Origin: Lepidodermella squamata
Lineage: Eukaryota; Animalia; Gastrotricha
Reading direction: 5' to 3'
Length of the DNA stretch: 64,000 bases
Assembly (NCBI GenBank): GCA_047495785.1
Contig: JBLDXI010000054.1
Location: 4,092,001 to 4,156,000, forward strand
Program-made: the position numbers and the translations under genes
The notes under the pieces: generated by a model
Database searches by the model: none
What the model saw: only the letters and a program-made list of their open reading frames with translations
What the model was told of the DNA's origin: nothing
In this document: positions 26,083-37,900 of the stretch, in pieces
How the letters are laid out: the number at the start of each line of letters is the position of its first letter
How positions within the stretch are numbered: the stretch's first letter is position 1

Positions 26083-27367
26083 ACAGCAGAATCATAATCG
26101 ATTGTTGATGACCGCAAACTCATCGGGTGATCAAACTGTTGTGACTGCGGCTGCTGACGAGGCGAGCAAAGCTCTGAAATCAAAATTCTTTGCCGAGCGA
26201 CGGCGTCTGCGGCAATTGTCACAGAGCGCTGTCAGCCTAGGTCCGAAATTCGCGCTATCAGTTTGCGTGGTCAATTATCAGTCCGAGTTCGGAGATGCTG
26301 GTGCAATCCAACTCGCGCAATTCGCCTCTGCTTACAATAATATTGTTGAATTGTCATTACCGAATTGTGGTATCGGCCCGGCTGGAGGCGCGGCTATCGC
26401 CAATTTGCTCAGGGTGAACGAGCTGTGTTGTTTGAGACGCGTGAATCTGGCGGCGAACAAGCTCGGCAATGAAGGCGTCAAGGCGATTCTACGTGCCTTG
26501 GAAGTGAACAAGTCATTGCGATCGTTGAATCTCGGCGCCAACTCATTTTCAGGCGACGCCTGCAATCTTGATCTGACGCACGCTTTTAGCGCCAATCGAA
26601 CCCTTCTCGAATTGGACCTGTCCTACAACGATATTGGCGATGGTGGGGCGTCGGCGCTCGGTTTCGCCTTGCGCGTTTCCGGCGGACTGGAAAAGCTCCG
26701 ACTTCGCCGTTGCGGCCTAAATGACGGCTCGATGGCGAAGGTGATGGCGGTGTTAGCCGAGTCGAAGTGCCGCTTGGTCGACCTCGACATCAGCGTCAAT
26801 AGTCTGGCGCCAGGTTGCTTCTCCGCCATTGTGCAGGCGTTATCACACTCTCGCCGCACTGTTTCCTGTCAGTTGCAGTCGTGTGGCGTAGCCGATATGT
26901 CGGCTTGCACCCACGATTCTCTTCGCTTTTTCCGAGAACTAGACCTTAGTAACTCTCCGATTGGCGACGCCGGCGCATCGCAGCTGATTCGCGCGCTTAG
27001 CGCAGGCAACGACACCCTTGTCAGCTTGAACCTGAACGCGTGCGATTTGTCGCTTCGAGCGTGCCGCGACCTGGTCACGTGCGCAAGAACCAGCTACAAC
27101 GCGCTGGCGACGTTGAAGCTGTGTCACAATTTCAAGCTGTTATCGGATACATGTGCCTTGTGTTCGACAGCCTCAACTGCAGGGCTGTATTCCGCGGTCT
27201 CGTGCCATCACCATGAGACAGTGCGAGTCGTCGAGGTCGAGAACGCGGCGTCGGGGCACAAAATTAAGGTGTATTCGACGTTACCAGAGCCGGCGCAGCT
27301 GGTCGCGCCCCCGCAGTCGTCTTACGAAGCCGTTGAAACGGCGTCACCCGTGAGCAAACGGCTATAA
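23290..27367 (+). CDS. About 1245-aa protein: disordered N-terminus, CARD/death-fold-like segment, polyQ, RNI-type leucine-rich repeats
   Basis: Exons 23290-24658, 24739-25098, 25302-25782, 25840-27367 splice in frame; repeats such as LLELDLSYNDIGDGGASALGFAL and LRRVNLAANKLGNEGVKAILRAL. Confidence 0.85.
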
Positions 27368-28146
27368 CCAGCCATAAACGATCCATGAGAAAGCACTATC
27401 GAAACCGATACAATCAATTAGGAACACATATCGAGTGATTTCACCGCAAATTCTACGCAAAACTATTTATAATTCGATTCATCTACGAGTAAATCAGCTG
27501 CAATATACTTAACGTCATCGATTTCCAATCATGTAACCATTCTGTGAATAAAGTTATTTCCCGTTATTCCTATTTCGTTATTCCTGCTCGTAAGTAAAAA
27601 CGAGCTTTGGCATTCGATTTCTAACGCGAAATAAAACAAAAATTGAGGTTTCCTCGCTTTTTTTATTTCCTCCATCGCATTTCAGTGATAGATCGGTCTC
27701 ACAGATTTACTCCGAGGCGGAATATAACAGTTTTAGACAGCTGCGGACGAAAATTGCCATCAACAATAGCCATCAATGAATTTCAGCCAGACGCAAACAA
27801 CATCAGGAATATGCAGTAGTATGTAAATACATTCGGTTTATAATCTTTCACATTTTATAATTTTCCAACGGAACTCCTATCGGGTTCCAAAGAAGCAATA
27901 AACCGAAATTATTTGCTCTACACTTTGTTTCATTATATATATTTATAAGATTTGAGCTTTTAGAGTCCACTCTGATAACAAGACAACAGGCGCTCTTTAT
28001 AAAATTTATAAGAATCACGCACATTCAAAAAGGAACATTATGACAACCCAATTTACAAGTCAATTATTTGTTTTCTCAAGTTTTTATATTCAGCACTGGG
28101 TCGATGCCTGTTCTCAATGGAAAGAAAGACCGTTGGTCCGGCGCGA

Positions 28147-30806
28147 CTATCTTCCAACCACATTGCGGCGAGAAGTCATGCGCTTCAGGAATTGATCAAC
28201 TTCAGAGCCATGCTGAAAATACGAAATAAAATGATTAAAAAATCCACCTTAAAAATGTTTGCAATCGATTTTTTGTACCTGTTCATCGGTGACGTCGTCA
28301 CTAGGTGAATCGCGGTTCGCTTGGGCGGATTCGTCAACTTCACCAGTGCCGCTACCGCCCGGCATCATCGTCAGGGTGGGCAGAGGTGGTGGAGCCATGG
28401 GAAACAGCTGCTGCAGCAAGTTGAGTGGCGGCAAACCGGTCGGTGTCGACAACGCCGCCGAAGACAACATGCCGAACAGTGGATTGCTTTGCAATAGCGT
28501 CGACGTGCGAATCGCCTCGGCCGCCGCCGCTGCGTCCGCCAGCAGCGCGCTCAGCGCCGCCTGGCTGTGCGCATCCTCCGACGACGAGCTGTGGCCGTAG
28601 TCGCCCGCGCCGCCGTAAGACTTGCGGTGCCGCGAGTGCGACCGCGAGTCGTCTTCGTAGTAGCCCGACCTCGACAGCGACCGGCTGCGACTGCGGCTGT
28701 CGCGCCGGTGGCGGTCTCGGTGGCGGTCGCCGTGGTGCCGGTCGGTTCGCGAGCGGTCGTAGTCATCCCGATCGCGCCGACGCCGGTCGTCGTCGTCATT
28801 TCGTGATCGAGCACCGCGCCTGTCGTCGTAGTCTCGGTCGTAGTTGCGCCCGCCGCGATACCCACCGCCGCTGCTCGAACCGCCTCGATCGCTGTGATAG
28901 CGGCCTCCTCCACGGCCGACAGGGTACCTGCTGGAAACACACAAAACAACATGCAAGTCACGCCTCGCACCTTGGCGGTAATTCCGAGCCCACATATAAA
29001 ACACAACGAAATGAAGTAAGCTCCGCCAAACCCACACAGCGCTCGACTGCTTCGAGGTTTCTAATGAATTTTACAACTTACCTGGGCTTGGAGCTCACTT
29101 TTAATGATGATAATAAGTAAATTCGAGCGCTGTTGTGGGTTTTTCCCAGGGGAGCTTACTCCAATGGAAAAAGCACAACTAAAGCGCGCGATGATTCCTA
29201 CTTTCGTTCAACAATCCAAAACTGCGTTTTATATATATTCTTATTCACCGAATTCATTGAAAATTATGTAAAAATTGGCACATCATTTGAGCGAAGTAAA
29301 AAATTCAAGTTCGGTATGAAAGCACCGATAATAATAATAATTTGCAGTCTTTTCAGGTTCGAGTGGATTTTTTGGTACGGTGAGCGGGCGTCCGGCCGGT
29401 CCTTGGCGTGGTCGGGCCTGAAATGAGCTACAGGGGAGATCATGCGTTAAATTATCACACAAAGTCTTTATCAACGTTAACATCATCGAAATGTTTTTGA
29501 TCACTGATCAGTTCTCGCGCGTTAAAACCTGAGCCGGCAGAACGTTGCTGCTGCAGCACATTAAACTTATGGATACATAAAAACAGTCCTGAAAGCGGCG
29601 CGGTTGCTCTTCTTCAGACCTTGTGCTATTGTTGTTGTACGGCCGCTCGCCCTCGTCCGGTCGGATGTTCTGCCGCCGGCGCCAGTCCTTGTTGTGGCGG
29701 AACGCGTCCTCCAAGTCGAGCGTGTCGTCAAACGGGAACAGCCGGCACAGGCTCAGGCCAGATTCAGGGTCGATTTCCTGTTCAAAATATCCCACGGGTA
29801 ACGCACGCATTCAACAACATTCGATAAAAAAGGCTTACTTGGCCATCTCGGCCGATTTTAACCGGTTTGCCTTCATTGAGCTTGTTGTAGATGTGACTAG
29901 TGTCGTTGAAGCTCAGTTCACGACGTGTCAACCAGTCGAGTTCGAAGGTACCGGACAGCGCCTCGGGCGACATGCCAAACGGCAGAACCCAGTGCACAGC
30001 CGGGTGGGAACGATTCGAAGGAGCTGACAGCCGTGCTATGCCCTGGAACCGCCCGCTTTCTTTAACGGAGAATATCAGCAGCACGTTGGCGCAACTGCGA
30101 AACGCGGCGTTCAGTTTTCGCTCGTTTGCGGGCAGTGTGGCCCAAACGCCGCGAGCACGGGCCAATGATACATTTTCATAATTAGCACTTTTTATCATGA
30201 AATAGCGAGCATTCTCGAAAAATACGGCCATTTCTGGTTTCTCGGCAACAGCTATAAAATAACATGAAATGTTGATATTCAATTTGGTAATTGGAACTCA
30301 CTCAAAGTTGGCAAGGAAGCTTGTTCGGCTTGAGGGGCCGTCGCAGCCGAGGATGACGTTCCTGTGGTTGAAGATGAACTGCCGGCATCTTCTTTCTTGA
30401 CTTCTTCTCGATCGTTATCGCCAGATCGCTGCGACGAGATACGATCGTGGCGTTCTTTATCACCAGATTCGCCATCAACATCATCTCCTAAAATCGCATT
30501 CAAAACAAGATAGTTATTTTATGTCGATCGGAGACGCGAAACCGTACCTGGGCCTTCATCATTCGGTGTGATTGTCGTATTGTTCACGTCTTCGTTATCG
30601 AGGCCCGAATTCGGACGCAGGGCGTCATCTTCAACGCCATCCGGCCCGGTAGACAGGAAAAACGAAGAGTCCCCCATCGGCGATGTCAAATCGATAGACA
30701 GATCTACAATGAATTGGGGGTATTTAAAAAGTAAAGCTTTCAGAATGTTCAACGTACTTCGATGGGCAGGGACTTCACTTTCCAAGCTTCGCTCGTCAGC
30801 ATCCAT
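28147..30806 (-). CDS. YTHDC1: Nuclear m6A reader YTH domain-containing protein 1
   Basis: YTH domain [33 protein letters not shown]...HWVLP...[16 protein letters not shown]; RS/RD-rich tail; final exon [10 protein letters not shown]. Confidence 0.95.
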
Positions 30807-31922
30807 GATTTTATCGAGAAATGTAAATTCCTAACAAAACAAAGCAGCATGATTATTGCCGATATTTTAATAATAATTGATTGATTGTAGTAACAATATT
30901 CGCAGTTGTCCACGAGAAAAAACATCAAAAAGCGACATGACAAAACCTGGATGATGTTATTAGTATTTCAATTAGCTGTCAGAGACGCCCGAAAGATGGC
31001 AACAAGAAAGAAGAGAGAGAAATGACGCTAGAAACTTCAATTAATAGCACAAAACACCGTCTTGTAATGTTCGCAAATGCGAGGAGTAACAAAGCTGGCT
31101 TCTGCAAATACCAAATGCCAGTAGATTTAACAATGACCCAGCTGTTTTTGTTAGGAATTATGTTATTTAGACCCCCAAGCACGATAGACAGCGCAAAGAC
31201 ATTGCATGTGACAATAGCCAGAGAGTTTGGTCACAACACGGTTCTACGAGTTGCACATCACCGTAATGGAAGCTGCTCAAGATATTTCAATAAACTAATC
31301 CCTCGCTCAAGAAAAGAAGAAAAAATTGTAGAGTGCTTCCAACGAGTCCCAGAATAATGAATAAATTGGAGCTGACACTAATTAAGTAGAGAAGGAATGA
31401 ATGGATAATAATGTGATTAATTGGCTTCACAACACCTGACTGCGAAGTGATTGAGACGGAAATCGGTATATCGACGTATTTGTATCACAATAAGCCACAA
31501 ACGGTTGATATTAAATTGTTATTATTTGCGTTTAACTCGTCACCAGAAAAAACATCGAAAGATTAATGCGAATTTGAGACTTTGATCGATAGACACTCGC
31601 TCTCTTCTCGATATAATATTATACAGAAGCGAAAAAGTACAGTCCCGCTAACCAGCAGGTAGAAATCAACGTTCGGCTGCATCCGAAACCGCAAAATACA
31701 GCCAAAACCAAAATTTGTGCTACGAGAGTTCGTCGATTCAATAAAAAAGATAGAAAATATAGTTTAGCGTCGTCAAGAAAAACAATATTTTATTGTTATT
31801 GATTCCAGAGAAATTATATCATCTCATATATTATTACTTCATTTACAGTGGTACAATTTATAGTGCCTGGTCGTGAGAAACTTTCCAACATAAATTAACG
31901 TGTCCAAGTAACAAAGGCAAGT

Positions 31923-34900
31923 CTAGCAAGAGGAGTCAGAGGAAGGCGCTCGCAGTAAGTGCTTGTATTGCATCAGCACGTCCAGAACCGCCGACGTCAC
32001 CGTGTTGTTGCTGACTTGCGTGCATGCAATAAGCTCCGGATACAAATCGATGATTTTCGACCATATTTCAGCGGAAACTTCAAAAAATAAGACAGCGATT
32101 TCATTTTACGGTATATTAATTTGATTTTAAGCACAAAAAATCTGGAGCTTCCGTGGAGCAAAAAAAACCCATATTCGGATCAACAAATATTCCGAGGAAC
32201 AGATGAAATAGAGCTCATACTTTTTCGCCACGAATTCTAAACTGAATTTTCCGGTTTCTTTTTTAATTCGAATTTCTACCTTTATTCAGAAAATTATTGG
32301 GAAATTCTAATCGTGAATCTTCAGAATTTAGCGCCAAGTTTTAGAGCTCTGATCTAGGCTAATAGCTAGGCTCTAATCATTGTCAAGAACTTTTTGCTAG
32401 AGAATTAGGCGGCGTAATAATTCCAAAACAAAAATCGTATGAAAACAAATTATACTTGCAAATATCTTACCGTTCTTAGCCTTGGCTTGGATCAACCAGT
32501 CGATCAGCATCGTTAACGCTTTCAGCACCAGCAGCGCTTCGTCAGAGCGAGCTCTGGGTAACGGCAGTTCTCCGGACAGCCGGGAGTCCTTAGCGTAGTT
32601 GACGACCACAGAGCGACAACGATCGAGCAAAGCTACCAGGGCTATCGCATTGAGACTCGTCGGGTTGGGCGCGGCCGGCGGCGATCCCGGCACAGCGGCG
32701 GTCGGCGCCTGTAGGCACGAGAAGCGCAACAACGTATCGAAGCATTTTTTGGCGAAATCGAGCCGAAGATGCCGATTAGTCCGCAAATCGATGAAAGCCT
32801 CGGTAGACGTCGAGTGTACCGAGCCCTTGTTCAGGATGTGCATGAGCTGCAGCACGAACTCGCGGGGCAAACCGCAAGACGTGGCGCCCGGCAGCAGTTC
32901 CGACTGCACTATGTCAACAAGCCGGCAATCGCACGCCTCGTCGCGTGCCAACTCGTCGATACTGAGATTCGACGGCGGCGACTGTTTGCAGAACAGGAAC
33001 TCTTCCAACAGCCCGCCCAGCTCCGGCCATACGTTAACGAACTCGGCACTTGTCGCTGTTAAGGCGACTTAAGCTTACACAGGGTTTTATCTTATCATCT
33101 CTCGTAACTTACGATTTTTCTTGGCCGGTGGCAACCCGGCGCTTAATATTGCCATCAGCGAGTCAAAAGCCAACAACCAGGTGCTCCTTGCCGGGCAGCC
33201 GTACTTGAGCCGCAGCGGGCCACGCAGGCTCTGTACGATAAAGAAACCAAATATTACCATTTCAATCCTTTTCAATCAACCGAATAAGAGTTTAATTGCC
33301 AGTTAATAGCTCCATCATTCAATGCGCGCGCGGCGGTTTTAGCTAATTACAGCCGTGGGACCTCGGCGACAAATAAGCGGCAAATGGTGCGGCGGCAAGT
33401 AGCGCGGAAATCGCACACAGCACGCGCGCCAATTTGACGCCCCGGCGCGTCTAGACGGAGGCAACATAGTCGCGCGAATATATCTTAGTGGGTTTTTAAT
33501 TTTTCTTGACGCTAAACCGATTAACCAGCTGAAATGGTCGGGCGGTGCCCGCTGCTTTTCATGTCGACAGGTGAGTGTTTTTTTTCAAGTTTATTCGCGG
33601 CGCGTGTTTCATCTCTTATCAAGTTTCTCTGGCAATCATCGCTTCTACCTCTTGGGGCGCACTAATCAGCAGCAATTTGGCAGCAGACATGCGGGTGCGG
33701 TAGAGAGAAACGCGCGCGCGGCTTAGCGAGTCAGTGATTGGTGGTAATAAAATCTTCTTAAGCCGTTATCTGTTTGTTTGTTCTGCCAATTGCACTTCTT
33801 TGAGCGCCCGAGACCGCCTGCCCGGGCGCGACGCCCAGGTGGTGCTTGTTTGTCTGCGATTGAGTTTGTTCAGCGCTTCAGACTCATAAACGCGCTTTGG
33901 TCGGGCTCGCGACTTTAATTACTTGGCAAATAGTACGCAGCAGGTTGCAGACAGGCAGTAGTAGGCAGTGCATCAAGGAGTAAATTATCGAAAATATCTT
34001 CATAAATCAGCGAATTTCCAGCCCACAAAGAAAATTATTATTTTTCGTTCGTTTTAAACACCAGATACCTATGTTACATGTCGGCGACTATAATATTTCA
34101 ATATATTAATTTCTTTAAGGGTTATTTTTTTCTGGCGTTGGGCCATTTTCGTATCTCCCGCATTTCCACACCATATTAGATTTGCCACCGCGACGAAACA
34201 GCTCAACGTCAGGGATGAGTCTGATTTTTGTCACCCATTTATCGCCTACTCTTGTCACGGTCGCGCTAACTGGTTTTCACACCAATTCGCCAGCGCCGTG
34301 CGACTGGTGGCACGGTTTCGCGCGAGGGTAGGAGATGAGACCTGCGTGCTACCAGCTAGCCAGGCCTGGAGCCAATCAACTCACACGATCAGCCAGACAT
34401 GACAATAGTGCGTGAATAGACTCATCTCTCAGGTGCAAGCGCGTGACCTAGAGCGTGAAACGGTTGGGCCCAGCGCGCGACGAGCAAGAATAGAAGCGCG
34501 AGGCTTGACTTGCTATCACAAAAATCAAGCGCGAAACTCGTCCTCACGTGAGCCGGCGGGCCCGGCCGGGTGCACGCAGGCACAGACAATGCGCTCATTA
34601 TTAGGAGGCGCCCAGCGTAATGCGACAGCGCTTGATGGGATTTGCGATAGACAAATCGGGCGCGACACCAAGAAAGGAAGCGCGCTAGCGGTAAGCACTA
34701 CCGACGCGGTACCCGGGCGCGCTTCAAAGATGCGGCGAAGAAAGAGATGACGCGGCGGCGTGCGCAGACAAGATTAGCCGCGCTTTTCGTTCTTGTAGCC
34801 ATGGCCTTGCGATACGTGCTCATTCGACGCAAAACGCATATTGCAACATTCGTTCACTTTTTCACCTCAATTTCATCGGCCTGCCTTGCCTTGTAACATT

Positions 34901-37900
34901 GCACCTTCATAGGTTGTGGCGCCCTTTTGGCACTTGATATGCGCGCCTTCTTGCATTGGCTCACCTTAATTGCCATCCCTTGAGGTGACAGTGGACTACA
35001 CTTGTCAAATGTTGTTGCTTTCGTAGGCACTGCTCTTCAGCGCCTTCTTTGTAGCTGGGCAGCGTCTGGGCCGCGACGTAAAGAGGCCATCGGCTAGGTT
35101 AAACATGCGCGAAGACATTTCAGTGTACGCGCGCGCGCACAAGGAGCCGTAGTACCAGCAGAGAGAAGAAGCCGGCGACTGGCGGGGGGCCGCTCAAGTA
35201 CTTGGGATTCAATTACCGGGCGTTGCGCAACACCCAGACAGATTCAAAAACACGCATGAAACCACTACGAGGTGCGCGCACGCACGCGCTCTAATGTATT
35301 CGCTGTTTGCGCGCACACAAACCAGACAGCGCACTGCTACAAGCCAACCAGCTGTTGTGATAGCGACGGCAGTAGTGGCGGGTTGCTCCGAACCCTGCGC
35401 CTCTGTGTCTGGACCCGTCCTTATCATTTCGCCTTCAGCAGCTCCTACGCGCATAACCGTTGCCCGCCCAAGCACGTTTACAAGACCACGGTTATCAAAT
35501 CGCCGAAAATGCGCCCAATCCACTAGTAACCCTCGAATTCCCAGTTGTCCTCAAAATTTCGCGACAAGCCGCTTTATTACATACCATTTATTTTAGAGCC
35601 CTCCTTCCGCCGTCTGCAGGTTACCTGCGACGTGCGGTATATGCCAACGAATTACAACCCAGTTCATTTTACTGTTGAGATTTGATGAATCAATTATTAT
35701 TTTTCGCCTTTTAGATCAAGCTACCGTTACTTGTACTTAGCCGCGACAAGTATGTTATCGGTAACAAATCCACTGACGAACTCGTTCAAGCCCTACGTTG
35801 TTTCGTCGAACAACCAGTCGCAGGCGGCTCAACAGCAGCAGATGGGCCAACAGGGTGGTGGCATGGGCTACCAGTCGTCTGCAATGCCGCTCTACATGCC
35901 GAACATGTACAACCTTCACGGCTACATGCAGCAGCAACAGCAGCTTCTTACAGTCGACCCGCAGCAGTCGGGCTATCCGTCGAACGAGCCAACGACCAAC
36001 ACCCCGCCGAGGGATGAAAAAGGTACGTCTTCGGGTGTTGCGGAATAATTAGGATGGATATTGATTTTTTCGATAATTTTAGACGCATTATCTTACAACG
36101 TTCAAGCGCTGCTCAATAGCACGGCGCTGCATGGCTTGATGCACAACAACAAGGTGAATTCGGGTCCGATGAGCAGTGGCAGCATGACCAGCAGTGGCGA
36201 GCAGGCCCGCAGCACGCCGAGTCTGAACAGTGAATGCAGCAACAGCATGGCCAGCGGTCTCAACACTGATTCGACGCCTAGCGGCGGCTCCAGTGCCGAA
36301 ACCGATGTGCCGGGCAGCGCGAAAAAGCGGTCGCATTCGGGTCAGATTAAGGTAGATTTTTTTTTAACTTCTTTCATTTCACTTTGCACGTTTAAATACA
36401 TCAAATCCGCTTAGAACTCCGAATTCATTTTTTTTAATTTGCTTCATTTGTCTTTTATTAGGGTGGTGATCGCGACAAGGACGGTGCGTACTGGGAGAAG
36501 CGTCGCAAAAACAACGAAAGCGCGCGTCGGTCACGTGAGGCGCGTCGCATGAAGGAGGAGCAAATCGCGATGCGCGTCGTCTACCTCGAGCAGGAGAACT
36601 TGCAACTGCGGACCGAGGTGTCGCTGTTGCGCGGCGAAATCGACAAACTTCGCTGCATGTTGTACAACTCATAGTCGTATTTCTTATATCGTATTTAATC
36701 TCAACTTAACTCGGTCATTTTTTATATAAATATTCCCTGTGGTCTTTGACTCATGTTTTTCGGTGCGCCGCTGGCTTTCCTTAATTTGCCTCGTTTTTCT
36801 CAAAGACTCGGTTACGAAAATTATCGCATCAAATACCAGTGTAGATTTTGTTGTTTATCGCTACGTGTATGTCTCCGCTCTGCGCCGTTTATGTATGTCA
36901 CCTGGCAAATTGCTCAATTTGTACATAGATAATGGCCCCGCTATCAGTCGGGCTATTTAGGCCTTATAATTTGTAAATTTCGATGTGTTGTTGGTCAACA
37001 ACTCGCTCCGATGCCCTGAGACCCTTGTGCATTCCGTTGTACGATAAAACTATTTAACCAAAATCGGCACCTCGGAAAAAGGTGGACGAAGGGCATTTGT
37101 TACGCAGAAATGAAATTTTATAAGTATTTTATAGAAAAACAAATTTCGAAAAAATCACAAAACATTTGTACAGATGCGAGTCTATTCTAATACGAAGGTA
37201 TCTATCGTCTATAGGTATCTCTGTTAATACCATGTAAAGGCTATGTCTCGGTCACTTTTGATTAATATACGAATATTTATATATATCGCCTGAGAAAAAC
37301 GCGCTGTTTTCTTGTTTTCTTTCTTAGCCGCAAATTACGAGCTGTCAGTGTTACTTCTTATCGCGTTTTCAGCACCGGTAATGATGATGATGATGAATAT
37401 TACTTACGTATCACAGACAAGAACAAATAAAGAAATGGTCGCTTTTGCATTTTTGAATCCTTTACATCATTTCAATCATTTTATCAACTCACTCGAAGGA
37501 AACGCTGTAAAATTTTGCCATTAACCACAGAAGATTCAATTGCCACATTCGGCGAAGTATACAGATTAGTCGCCATATTCAGGCATCTTTCACCAAAAGG
37601 TACCACATTAGCAGGCAGCAGACCCGCTGGTATCTGACGGGGCTGAGGCGCCGGTATAGGTGGAACCGAATCTGAGAAAAAGCTAGCATGTGGTGCCCAT
37701 GGGAAAGGCGGCAAACACACAGCCATTTCGGACAGTAACAACAGGCCGTTGAAATGTTGAACCAAGAGATGACGAACTTGGCCTGACATCAGAGCCTAGA
37801 AAATAAATCATCGATGAAACAACTCAAATTTGTTATCAAATATTCTACCTCTTGCTGAATCTGAAGAACGGATACAATACTGTCTTGTAGTTGAGTCAAA

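Noticed and set aside
30831-31922. MON2 to YTHDC1 as an operon junction
   Set aside because: The gap is about 1.1 kb, with AATAAA after MON2 and a possible cis donor near 30945, so an independent promoter is equally plausible.
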